Below are positions 8,843-18,116 of a stretch of DNA of 64,000 nucleotides, in pieces. Source of the stretch: Candidatus Omnitrophota bacterium (GTDB lineage Bacteria; Omnitrophota; Gorgyraeia; Pluralincolimonadales; Pluralincolimonadaceae); contig JBAZFB010000003.1 of NCBI GenBank assembly GCA_041653595.1, positions 64,346 through 128,345 of the forward strand. The letters are read 5' to 3'. Numbering within the stretch: position 1 is the first letter of the stretch; every line of letters begins with the position of its first letter. The translations under genes and the position numbers were made by a program. Under the pieces are notes generated by a model. It was not told the DNA's origin. It saw only the letters and a program-made list of their open reading frames with translations, and did no database searches.

Positions 8843-10111
8843 ATGGCAATATTCAATTACGTGGCTATCGACAAGGACGGGAAAGAGATAAAAGGCAGGC
8901 TCGAGGTCAACTCTAATGATGAGGTAGTGACCCAGCTCCGCCAAAAAGGGCTCTATCCGGTAAGCGTAAGCGAGGAGAAGTCGAAAACGCCCGCTGCCGG
9001 CGCGGCTAAAGACCTGCGTGAGGGCCCTGCCCCGGCTAATAAAGGATCTATACTGAATCTCTCGCTGGGAGGGGTCAGCCAGAAGCAGGTGACCGTTTTT
9101 ACGCGGCAGCTGGCTACACTTATCGGGTCAGGCCTTCCTCTTGTGCGCGCGCTTTACGTCCTTGAGCGCCAGGAGAAAGGGGCCCTGAAAACGACCATCC
9201 GCGGCCTGGCCGAACAGGTAGAAGGCGGCAGTTCTTTTTCCGAAGCGCTCTCGAAATATCCGAAGGCTTTTCCCCCGCTTTATGTAAACACGGTCAAGGC
9301 CGGCGAGACCGGCGGCGTCCTTGAAGTCGTCCTGACGCGCCTGGCTGAATTCGCCGAGAAGTCGCAGAAGCTGAACAGCAGGATAAAGGCCGCCCTTATC
9401 TATCCCGCCCTTGTCCTGACGTTGGCGCTTTCGGTCTTATTTTTCCTGATAACTTTCATTGTCCCGAAATTCATGCAGATATTCAAAGAGATGAACGTCG
9501 AACTGCCGGGTCCGACAAAGGTGCTCCTCTTCGTCAGCAGTTTGATGAAAGACAGATGGTTTGTCGGGCTAGGGATCATCATCTTTGTCATCGTGGTCTA
9601 TACGATATTGTCCAGGGTAGCGGCGACGAGGCTGGTGATCGACAGGATAAAATTGGAGCTTCCGGTAATGGGGCCGTTGATCCGCAGGATAGCCATCGCG
9701 CGTTTCTCGAGGACGCTGGGCACTTTGCTTTCGAGCGGCGTCCCCATCCTGCAGTCGCTTATGGTCGCAAAAGATACGACCGGTAACGAGGTCATGGCGC
9801 GCTCGATAGTCCATGTCCACGACAGCGTACGCGAGGGAGAGACTGTGGCCAAGCCGCTCTTAAAGGCCGGTTTGTTCCCGGCGATGGCCGTCAATATGAT
9901 ATCTGTCGGCGAAGAGACCGGCGCCCTCGACCAGATGCTCCTCAAGATCGCGGACGTCTATGATGAAGAGGTGGATGTCACGGTAACGGGCCTTATGTCG
10001 TTATTGGAACCTTTCTTGATTATCGGCATGGGCCTGATCGTCGGCTTTATAGTAGTTTCGATGTTCATGCCGCTCTTCAACCTCATAACCGCATTGGGAG
10101 GGAATGGTTAA
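8843..10111 (+). CDS. gspF: GspF/PilC-family inner-membrane platform protein
   Basis: Two T2SSF-type repeats with three TM segments; 'LATLIGSGLPLVRAL' and 'LGTLLSSGVPILQSL' paired motifs. Confidence 0.9.
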   Translation: MAIFNYVAIDKDGKEIKGRLEVNSNDEVVTQLRQKGLYPVSVSEEKSKTPAAGAAKDLREGPAPANKGSILNLSLGGVSQKQVTVFTRQLATLIGSGLPLVRALYVLERQEKGALKTTIRGLAEQVEGGSSFSEALSKYPKAFPPLYVNTVKAGETGGVLEVVLTRLAEFAEKSQKLNSRIKAALIYPALVLTLALSVLFFLITFIVPKFMQIFKEMNVELPGPTKVLLFVSSLMKDRWFVGLGIIIFVIVVYTILSRVAATRLVIDRIKLELPVMGPLIRRIAIARFSRTLGTLLSSGVPILQSLMVAKDTTGNEVMARSIVHVHDSVREGETVAKPLLKAGLFPAMAVNMISVGEETGALDQMLLKIADVYDEEVDVTVTGLMSLLEPFLIIGMGLIVGFIVVSMFMPLFNLITALGGNG

Positions 10112-10583
10112 AATGGAAAAACGCAAAAGCGGGTTTACGATAATAGAGTTGATAGTCGTCATGACGATCATCCTTATATTGGCGGGCCTCATAACCGGCG
10201 CCGCGCAGAAGGCGAAGCAGCAGGCTATGATAGCCAAAGCCAGGTCGATGATAGCAGGCATCGAAACCGCGCTGGGGATGTTCCAGGCGGATACCGGGAT
10301 CTATCCCGCTTCCGCTAATTTGTATACGAACCTTGTCAGTTCCGCGACCGGCCTTACGACCGTCCAGGCGCAGAATTGGTCCGGGCCTTACATGAATTTC
10401 CAGACGAATGAAATAAATACCACCGCCGGCACTATACTCGACCCCTGGAACAGCGCCTACCATTATACTAACACCGGTTCGGCCTCGCACGGTTACGATC
10501 ATTACATTGATATCTGGTCCAACGGCCCTAATAAAGTGGACAATAGCGGCGCGGGCGACGATATAACCAACTGGAAAAGATAG
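10104..10583 (+). CDS. gspG: Major pseudopilin/type IV pilin-like protein (GspG-like), prepilin-type N-terminal methylation domain
   Basis: 'KSGFTIIELIVVMTIILILAGL' class III signal with G-1/F+1/E+5. Confidence 0.8.
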   Translation: MVKMEKRKSGFTIIELIVVMTIILILAGLITGAAQKAKQQAMIAKARSMIAGIETALGMFQADTGIYPASANLYTNLVSSATGLTTVQAQNWSGPYMNFQTNEINTTAGTILDPWNSAYHYTNTGSASHGYDHYIDIWSNGPNKVDNSGAGDDITNWKR

Positions 10584-10595
10584 CTCCTTAATATT

Positions 10596-10949
10596 ATGAG
10601 AAAAGGTTTCACGTTAATAGAGATAGTCATATCGCTCGCGATACTCGCCATAGGGCTGGTGGGCATATTGTCTCTTTTCCCGATAGGCTTTGACTCGGCG
10701 AGGCGCTCGGTGAATTCCACGCAGGTAGCGGTCTTTGCCAATAAGCACCTCGAAGAGCTGCGGAACACCGGATTTCCTTCTTTAGGCGTCACGAGCGGGG
10801 ACTTCTCCGACCCGTCTTATACGTGGACGCAGAGCGTCTCAACCGTAGACGCGATCGACGCATTAAGGCAGGTAGACCTGACGGTAAGCTGGCAATATAG
10901 GAACAGGGGTTATCAACAGGTATTCACGACCTATGTGGCGACCAGATAG
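10596..10949 (+). CDS. Minor pseudopilin (GspI-like), prepilin-type N-terminal domain
   Basis: 'KGFTLIEIVISLAILAIGL' prepilin motif with E+5; ~117 aa size typical of GspI. Confidence 0.6.
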   Translation: MRKGFTLIEIVISLAILAIGLVGILSLFPIGFDSARRSVNSTQVAVFANKHLEELRNTGFPSLGVTSGDFSDPSYTWTQSVSTVDAIDALRQVDLTVSWQYRNRGYQQVFTTYVATR

Positions 10950-11697
10950 ATATATAAGAAGGAATAGCTCCGGCCTGACCTTGGTCGAGATCCTCGTCGT
11001 GGCCGTCATCTTCTCCATCCTCGTCACCTCCCTGTTTACGGTCTTCAGGGGCGGGCTCGATTCCTGGCGCAAGGCCGAGACGATCCTCGATATGTACCAG
11101 AACGCGAGGTTCGCGCTCGACATAATGGAGCGCGAAATATCCTCCGCCTATCTTTACCAGGAGAGCGCCAACACCGCCTATTGGACTAAATTTGAAGGTT
11201 ATCTCTCCGCGTCAGGCCTAAAGACCGGCTCCGCAGGCGGCGAGATATTTTTCGTCGCGCCGATAGCGAATAATCCGGGCAATAAGCAGGACCTCTGCGA
11301 AGTCGGATATTGGCTCAGGAACGATAACCGCCTCATGCACCATTTCGAGTATTTCGACGGAAGCGTAGTGCCGGTCGCCTATGATTTTTCGAAGAAAGCC
11401 GACGGCTCCGGCGATACGGGCGCCTCGGATGCCGCCATCGCAAGTAACGTCACGGCGCTTACCTTTACCTATTATTACAGGGGTACCGCCGGCGCCGCGC
11501 CGGCCGCGACCGTTACCAGTTGGAATTCGGGCCTTGACGCGCTTACCGGCGCCACCGAGAATTACGATTCCGGCGGCAACAAACTGATACCCGACGGCCT
11601 GCCCGACGCGGTGGGGATATCCATAACGCTGCAGAGCAGGGACGGCACGCAGACAAAGACCTTCACGGATTTCATAAGGGTCGTAGGTGCGAGATGA
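10933..11697 (+). CDS. Minor pseudopilin (GspJ-like), prepilin-type N-terminal domain
   Basis: 'SGLTLVEILVVAVIFSIL' prepilin motif with E+5; long leader, start codon uncertain. Confidence 0.55.
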   Translation: MWRPDRYIRRNSSGLTLVEILVVAVIFSILVTSLFTVFRGGLDSWRKAETILDMYQNARFALDIMEREISSAYLYQESANTAYWTKFEGYLSASGLKTGSAGGEIFFVAPIANNPGNKQDLCEVGYWLRNDNRLMHHFEYFDGSVVPVAYDFSKKADGSGDTGASDAAIASNVTALTFTYYYRGTAGAAPAATVTSWNSGLDALTGATENYDSGGNKLIPDGLPDAVGISITLQSRDGTQTKTFTDFIRVVGAR

Positions 11698-14672
11698 AAG
11701 AGACTAGCCCTAAATACAAAAAGAAGAGAGGCGTAGCCCTCATAATCTCGGTGGGCATCCTGGCGCTCATCGCGATGATAGCCACGAGCTTCGCCATAAA
11801 CATGCAGCTCGAGTATAGGGCCGCGGCGAATTTTATGTATTACACCGTAGCCAAAGAGCTGTCCGGCGCGGGCCTTGATAAGACGATCGCCGATATCCGA
11901 GCTTTGGCGGCAAACAACAGTTACGACGACGTCATGGCTGTCATAAATGCGTCTCCTTACGCCAACCCTGGGACCGAGGTAAATTTCGCGGGAGGGAGCT
12001 ATCAGGTCTATGTGGAGAGGGAGGACCAGAAGATAAACATAAACACCCTCGATGAGACCGATTATCCGTGGATAGATGAGTTGAAAAGCAAGGGCCTTTC
12101 ATACGATGACATCGCGAAGATGATCAATTATCGCGTTCCGGAGACGGAGTATAGCAGTATCACCTCTGTATTGACCGCCACCGGCCCGCAGTCCTGTAAC
12201 AGCGGCACCGTCCAGAAGCACGGGCCTTACGCAACAGTCGAAGAATTGCGACTTGTCCTTAACGACGACATCAAATATAATGCAATAAAAAACTTCGTTA
12301 CCGTCTATGCCCCGGTGATACCGGGAGGGCTTACCGGTAAGTATTACTCCCAACCCGATAATACGGTGTGGGATAAAAACTCGATCCTGGGCCTTGGTAA
12401 TTTTTGCGGAAAAGTCGTGGAATTTCGCGCCCTTAAAGAGGCGAAGGACTCCGGTTCAGCTCCCTGGCCTCCTTCCAATACATTCCCGGGCGCCGACGGA
12501 GATTGGAACGGATGGAGCGAGGCGCACGACGCGGAATTTGCCGGGGGCTATATAGCCGCTGACTGGACGTGGCGGTCAGGATTGGATTATTTCGGCGCGG
12601 TATTCACCGGATATATATACATACCTCAGGACAAGGTGAACCAGGATATAACCTTCAAGATGCGCAGCGAGAACGGCTGCAGGCTTTTTATAGACGGGAC
12701 GAAATTGATCGAGGATTGGACCGACAGGAACATGGGCGGCTGGCCGTCAGATAATGTCCTCGTCTCTCCGGCTGTTACCTTCAGCCGCGCCGGCTGGCAC
12801 CCAATAAGGATCGAATACTACAACAAAGACAACCAGAACACGGTCCAGCTTAAATGGGACGCCTACGGTTCTGACGATTACGTTCCGGCCGAATACTTCG
12901 GATATTATCCTTCTTCTTATTACGGGGATATCGCGGTCGACTCGAACCCGGTGACGACGCCTAAGACATACAGGGCCGCCTCCAGGCTCGGGACGGATTA
13001 TAACTCGGCCGGTATCCTGAAGATAGTCTCTACAGGGAAGACGAAAAAGAACGGAGTCGTCGTCGCCGAAAAGAAGACGACCTCGGTCATACAGGTATTT
13101 AATACCCTTACCCAATCTACCCGGGCCGAGTTTTGGGCACCCTGGTTCTCTCTCTACAACAATTTCAGCGACGGGGAGGTAAGGAACGTGACTTGGCTCG
13201 ATTCGTGTCCGACCAGCCAGGACGGTTTCGACGGCAGCAAGATGAATTGGGAGGGAAGTTATCAGAAAACCCCCGATTCCGTCAAGCTTGGATACTGGGA
13301 CAACTTCAACGATGATATTGCCTACACCGCGATAATATTGAAGGGGGGATATGTAACGAAGTTATTCGGTATAGCGTGGTGGGATTGGGATGTTCACACA
13401 TTTCCCAGCACCCATGAACACTGGCTTCCTAGAGGAAGAATAGACGGTGAAGATGCAACTGCTATAAATTGGGACGGCGATTATGTGTGGCCCTGCACTT
13501 TCGGCGATTTTTCCGTCCCGGAAGGGTTCAAGGAAGATGGCATTAATGGCACCTATTGCCTCAGAATGGATGTACCGGGATATTATTACGATGGATGCAC
13601 GGCTGAGGAAAGGCAAGCCGAATTAAACAGTTATTACTACAAAGCAGACTCGCCATTGGGCTACGATATCTTCGCCAGGTCTTATGTCTATGACAACGGA
13701 CAGAAGCAGACATGGGACAGCAACTGGCAACGGCCTCCAAGCCAGCGCTTGGCTAATCCGGGATATCCCGACCATATTCCATCATTTTTGACGGGGTATC
13801 TCATCCTCAAGACCGATCCGCCGTATACAGCTGACCATCAGACAAAACCCGGGGACGTTTATTATACTTTTGTCCAAAACGGTACCGACTGGTTCGGTTC
13901 CTCCGACCTGGATGCGAGCGTATTATATTGTCCGGGCAAGACAGACTCGTCAAGCGGCGCCTATTATTCCTGGGATGAGGATGCGCAACAGACGCAGTAC
14001 TACATATTAGCGGCGATAGGGGTGGGAACCACCTATCAGGCTTATTATTCCTATACTACCGAGAGTGGTTCCGGTTGGGTCACCACGGGAGCATCCGGAA
14101 CCGGCAGCGCGTCCAAAGCAGGTGTCGTAGCGTTTAGGGCAAACAATATATATTATGTCGATCTCGACTTATTCTGGCAGGGGACCCCCCCCTACACCAA
14201 TGAAGCATTCGTCGATATGGTATACGACAGGACCGACGGGATAACCGATAATAACCCCAGATATATAGGCAGCACCAGCGAATGCGTGACCGACTTCGAC
14301 AATGTCAGGGTCATATATCCAAAGGGCTATATCGTATCTGCGTCGCTTATAGCTAAACCTCCTTTGGACAACTCCAATATAATATGGGATACGATAACGT
14401 GGAATGACGCGAATCCGAATCCGGCCGGTACCTCGATAACGATGTATGCCAGGGCGGCAGACAGCCTTTCCACAACCGATGACTTCTCGACTGAATATGC
14501 GAAGGGGGACTCGATATCATCCCTTTCAGGAGGCAGGTTCCAGTATAAGGCTTTATTGATCACGTCCGCGTTGAACCCTAATGACTATTCGGCCAGCAGC
14601 TCCACGCCTGTCCTGAAGGGCGTCACCGTGATGTACCACCGGCCGAAAGCCCGGGTATTCTACCAGCAGTAG
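11694..14672 (+). CDS. Giant GspK-like pseudopilin (992 aa) with internal PA14 domain
   Basis: N-terminal 'KRGVALIISVGILALIAMIATSF' hydrophobic segment lacking E+5 (GspK hallmark), 'KININTL' and HhH-like 'GPYATVEELRLVLN' GspK motifs; PA14-like block 'FTGYIYIPQ...FKMRSENGCRLFIDG...WHPIRIEYYN...VQLKW' around nt 12470-12880. Confidence 0.6.
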   Translation: MKETSPKYKKKRGVALIISVGILALIAMIATSFAINMQLEYRAAANFMYYTVAKELSGAGLDKTIADIRALAANNSYDDVMAVINASPYANPGTEVNFAGGSYQVYVEREDQKININTLDETDYPWIDELKSKGLSYDDIAKMINYRVPETEYSSITSVLTATGPQSCNSGTVQKHGPYATVEELRLVLNDDIKYNAIKNFVTVYAPVIPGGLTGKYYSQPDNTVWDKNSILGLGNFCGKVVEFRALKEAKDSGSAPWPPSNTFPGADGDWNGWSEAHDAEFAGGYIAADWTWRSGLDYFGAVFTGYIYIPQDKVNQDITFKMRSENGCRLFIDGTKLIEDWTDRNMGGWPSDNVLVSPAVTFSRAGWHPIRIEYYNKDNQNTVQLKWDAYGSDDYVPAEYFGYYPSSYYGDIAVDSNPVTTPKTYRAASRLGTDYNSAGILKIVSTGKTKKNGVVVAEKKTTSVIQVFNTLTQSTRAEFWAPWFSLYNNFSDGEVRNVTWLDSCPTSQDGFDGSKMNWEGSYQKTPDSVKLGYWDNFNDDIAYTAIILKGGYVTKLFGIAWWDWDVHTFPSTHEHWLPRGRIDGEDATAINWDGDYVWPCTFGDFSVPEGFKEDGINGTYCLRMDVPGYYYDGCTAEERQAELNSYYYKADSPLGYDIFARSYVYDNGQKQTWDSNWQRPPSQRLANPGYPDHIPSFLTGYLILKTDPPYTADHQTKPGDVYYTFVQNGTDWFGSSDLDASVLYCPGKTDSSSGAYYSWDEDAQQTQYYILAAIGVGTTYQAYYSYTTESGSGWVTTGASGTGSASKAGVVAFRANNIYYVDLDLFWQGTPPYTNEAFVDMVYDRTDGITDNNPRYIGSTSECVTDFDNVRVIYPKGYIVSASLIAKPPLDNSNIIWDTITWNDANPNPAGTSITMYARAADSLSTTDDFSTEYAKGDSISSLSGGRFQYKALLITSALNPNDYSASSSTPVLKGVTVMYHRPKARVFYQQ

Positions 14673-14682
14673 GGATAACAAT

Positions 14683-15555
14683 ATGAAAAAAATAATCGCG
14701 TTCTCCGTCATCCTGTTTTTAAGCTTATGCCTGCGGGCCTCTGCCGCTCCCGGGGATAAATACGCGATAAGGGTGCCGGGGGACTGTAAGACCATCAGGG
14801 AAGCGTGCGAAAAGTCCTTTCCGGGAGATACCATATACATAGGCGCAGGCGAATACACGGAGAAAGAGGGATTTACCGTTAAGAGTAATATCAAGCTTGT
14901 CGGGCAGGGCGCAGACAAGACCCTTATTAAACTGGGGAAGAGCGGATTATCCATAATCTCGACGCGCGGTAGCGTGAATAATGTCGCCATAAAAGACCTC
15001 TCCATTGAGGTGAACGGGCAGCCCTTAAGAGTGGGCGGCGTCGACAGTTTTCTTTTAAAGGACTGTGTCTTAATAAGCAGGAACCTGTCTACCTGCATAG
15101 AGGTCAGCGGCGTAAAGAACGCGCAGATATTGAACTGCAATATAGTGAACGCAAGTTACGGCCTGATGCTTTGGGGCGGGCCGATCGAGCTTGCCGTAAG
15201 GAATTCGGTCTTTTACAACAATAAGGTCGGTATCTGCTCCGCCAAACTTCCGCCGCAGGGGAATCCCCGGGACCTGCCTAAAGAATATCTGGAAGAATAT
15301 TATAATAAGCCGCGCGAGGACATCAACCTTACGCTTGCCTATAACCTTTTTTATAACGTAAAGGATTTTATTGATTGCCGGAAAGGGGAGAAGGACGTAT
15401 TGCTTGATCCCAGGTTCGCGAATGCCGCGAAAGACGATTTTCACCTTAGGGGAGATTCCCCTTGTGTTGATGGCGGCGACCCGGACGCCAAGTATAACGA
15501 CCCAGACGGCTCAAGAAACGACATCGGGGCTCTTCCATTTGCCGGAAAGAAATAA
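14683..15555 (+). CDS. Secreted right-handed parallel beta-helix repeat protein (pectin-lyase-fold)
   Basis: Signal peptide 'MKKIIAFSVILFLSLCLRASA'; repetitive 'N..I.D..I' beta-helix rungs; C-terminal 'DFHLRGDSPCVDGGDP' region common in beta-helix secreted proteins. Confidence 0.6.
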   Translation: MKKIIAFSVILFLSLCLRASAAPGDKYAIRVPGDCKTIREACEKSFPGDTIYIGAGEYTEKEGFTVKSNIKLVGQGADKTLIKLGKSGLSIISTRGSVNNVAIKDLSIEVNGQPLRVGGVDSFLLKDCVLISRNLSTCIEVSGVKNAQILNCNIVNASYGLMLWGGPIELAVRNSVFYNNKVGICSAKLPPQGNPRDLPKEYLEEYYNKPREDINLTLAYNLFYNVKDFIDCRKGEKDVLLDPRFANAAKDDFHLRGDSPCVDGGDPDAKYNDPDGSRNDIGALPFAGKK

Positions 15556-15557
15556 AA

Positions 15558-15584
15558 TTGCCGGAAGAATTATTTTTTTATAAT
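15558..15584 (+). promoter_or_regulatory. Candidate promoter upstream of second GspK-like gene (TTGCCG-15-TATAAT)
   Basis: -35-like TTGCCG 15558-15563 and TATAAT 15579-15584 within AT-rich 55-bp gap; spacer 15 nt is suboptimal. Confidence 0.3.
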
Positions 15585-15610
15585 AGCTACCCTCGCGGGC
15601 ATACGAGAAA

Positions 15611-18097
15611 ATGAAAATAAGAATAAGAAAAAATAACAAGGGTATCGCTCTCATAGTGACGGTCGGCGTCCTCGCGATGATGCTGATAATCGGGACGTCT
15701 TTCACCATCAATATGATGGCCGATCGCAGGTCGTCGGTGAATATGGCGATGGCGGCGCAGGCCAGGGCCGCGGCAGAAGCGGGATTGAATATCGCTATCG
15801 TCTCGGCGAGGAACCTGGCCGTCAGCGATTTCAACGGCGTGCCTGCCGCTACCATGAGCGGCTCTCTCGGGAACGTGGGGAGAGGGAATACCGCCGCCTA
15901 TTCCGTCAATATAACCGATACCGCGAGCCAGCTCAACGTAAACGACACAAATCCCGGGCTGGAAGATATGCTCGAAAGCCTTGTTGCCATACTGGGAAGC
16001 CCTCTTCAGGCCGGCGACGGGACCGCGATCATTTCATACCGCGCGACCCTCACTGACGGAGTTTATATCACGAAGGAACAGGTTATCAACGCGTTTTCCG
16101 GCGCAACCTCCGTAAAACAGGGCAAGTTCAACAAGATAGCGGAATATATAACGGTAAATGGTTATATTGACGAGAACAGCGAGGATCCTACGGCCTCGTC
16201 TTTAACCGGCCTGGATAATCCTGATTCGACTTACCAGCGCAAGGCGCCGGTAAATATAAATATCACCGACGCTAAAATTCTGAGGGCTGTTTTAGCATCT
16301 GTAATTACGCCGACGGATCCTGCCACGTTAGCCGGTGATATTATTACAAGAAGGAACGCGAATTTCTTTACCAGTTGGAATGATTTTGACGGTTTTATAG
16401 ACGGGCTTGGTTACCTGACCGCCGCTGAAAAAATAAAGATAAAAAATAACGCGAACCCGAACAAAGTAAAAGTCGATAACGCGGGAGCCTCTCTCTCTTA
16501 TACAACCGATTTCTGCTTCCATCCCGGCGGCGTTTACGAGATAACATCTACCGGGACGGCCGGGGCGGCACAGAAACGGATAACCGCTCCGGTGCGGATA
16601 TACGATGTCATAAATTACACGACGAAAGAACAATTCAGGGGGAATACTTACACAACCGCTTACGTAAACGACGGCACTATGCCGGCTTTTAAGAACGTGA
16701 ACTGGCTTAACAGCTGTCCGGTTATCTCAAGTTACGACCCTGGATTGACGGTCGCTACGCCCGACTATAGCGCTAACGCCGTCGCCAATTCCCTTAAACT
16801 GGGTTTCTGGGATAACTTCGACGAAGATAATGATAATGTCAATAAAGTGGGCTGGAGCTGGTCTAATTGGGCAGATTCCCTGGCCAACGATATAGCCATC
16901 ACCGATGTCAATCCAGTAGATCCCAGCCGTAGTAATCAGCCTGACTTAAGGGACGGTGATAATGAATTAAGCGATACCGCATACGTTGGAGAGACAGCAT
17001 TAGCTCATATAGACCTGCAGGGCAGTCAAAGCGGCCAATGGCATTGCGGGCAGGAATTTTCCTTCAGGGTCTATTGTAACATACTTAAAAATCCTCCAAG
17101 TCAGGTATACTACCCTCCTTTTGAAAATTTTTATAGCGCTACTGACCGGTGGGAAGGTTATGAGGATACAGAGCAGATCGACTTTGTTTCCGCGGGGCCT
17201 ACGGGCAAGTTGTATATCAATAATTTCCGCTGTATGTACTATGGGTCCTACGGGTATCAACAAAGCATTGACGGAATTTCCGGCATGGCTCCGCCCGACG
17301 ATTTTGCGGATTCCTTGCTGAGATTAACTTTCCCCGGCGGAGGCGGAGACCATTATATGCATTTAAACGGTTTGTATAATGGGATAGGAGGGTTGTCTGC
17401 GCCCGGTACGTTAAAACCGGCGGATGCGAACAGGGTCGTTCCTGTTAATGCTGCTTTCAAATTAATTGTGCGCGGGTCGGGGGCCAATAATTATCAGGTT
17501 CATACGGCAATCTCTCCTACCGGGATAGCTTATCACGAATGGGATTCAGGCGACGGAGGGAACTGGGGCTCGTGGTGGTGGCAGATCCATTATCTTACCT
17601 ACTACGCCTATGATGGATTCTATCATCAACTTGTAGATACGGGGGAAACTGATAGATATAATTATGTGCGGCACGACGCGGGGAATCAATTTATCTACAC
17701 CGACTGGTTTTTGAGGTTGATAAATCATCCGTCGACTACGATGGGACGTTACGCTCTGTTTGACGATGTCCGCCTCATCCCCGACCAGGGCTATTACATC
17801 TCTCCCGCGTCCGCCACGGCCGGCCCCGCTCGCTTCGGTACCGCGTCGTGGACGTTGACCATTCCGCCGGGCGCAGCCACGAACGAAAGGGCCACGGTGG
17901 AAATTTCCGGGGACGGGGGGACCAACTATAGTCCCGTCGGTATTAACAGTGGGGTGAGTATCACCCCTTCGACGAGCATACGCTTCAAAGTCACTTTATT
18001 GTCGGACGACCCGCAGCATTTACAGACGCCTGTCCTTGAGGACATTACCCTTACCCGTTTGCCAAAGGCGGCGGTCTTATATTGCAAATATGAGTAA
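15611..18097 (+). CDS. Giant GspK-like pseudopilin paralog (828 aa)
   Basis: N-terminus 'NKGIALIVTVGVLAMMLIIGTSF' without E+5, 'QLNVNDT' motif; shares 'NV.WL.SCP...KLG.WDNF.DD' and C-terminal 'TPVL' blocks with the 11694-14672 protein. Confidence 0.55.
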   Translation: MKIRIRKNNKGIALIVTVGVLAMMLIIGTSFTINMMADRRSSVNMAMAAQARAAAEAGLNIAIVSARNLAVSDFNGVPAATMSGSLGNVGRGNTAAYSVNITDTASQLNVNDTNPGLEDMLESLVAILGSPLQAGDGTAIISYRATLTDGVYITKEQVINAFSGATSVKQGKFNKIAEYITVNGYIDENSEDPTASSLTGLDNPDSTYQRKAPVNINITDAKILRAVLASVITPTDPATLAGDIITRRNANFFTSWNDFDGFIDGLGYLTAAEKIKIKNNANPNKVKVDNAGASLSYTTDFCFHPGGVYEITSTGTAGAAQKRITAPVRIYDVINYTTKEQFRGNTYTTAYVNDGTMPAFKNVNWLNSCPVISSYDPGLTVATPDYSANAVANSLKLGFWDNFDEDNDNVNKVGWSWSNWADSLANDIAITDVNPVDPSRSNQPDLRDGDNELSDTAYVGETALAHIDLQGSQSGQWHCGQEFSFRVYCNILKNPPSQVYYPPFENFYSATDRWEGYEDTEQIDFVSAGPTGKLYINNFRCMYYGSYGYQQSIDGISGMAPPDDFADSLLRLTFPGGGGDHYMHLNGLYNGIGGLSAPGTLKPADANRVVPVNAAFKLIVRGSGANNYQVHTAISPTGIAYHEWDSGDGGNWGSWWWQIHYLTYYAYDGFYHQLVDTGETDRYNYVRHDAGNQFIYTDWFLRLINHPSTTMGRYALFDDVRLIPDQGYYISPASATAGPARFGTASWTLTIPPGAATNERATVEISGDGGTNYSPVGINSGVSITPSTSIRFKVTLLSDDPQHLQTPVLEDITLTRLPKAAVLYCKYE

Positions 18098-18116
18098 AAG
18101 GAGAAAAAAGAATAAA

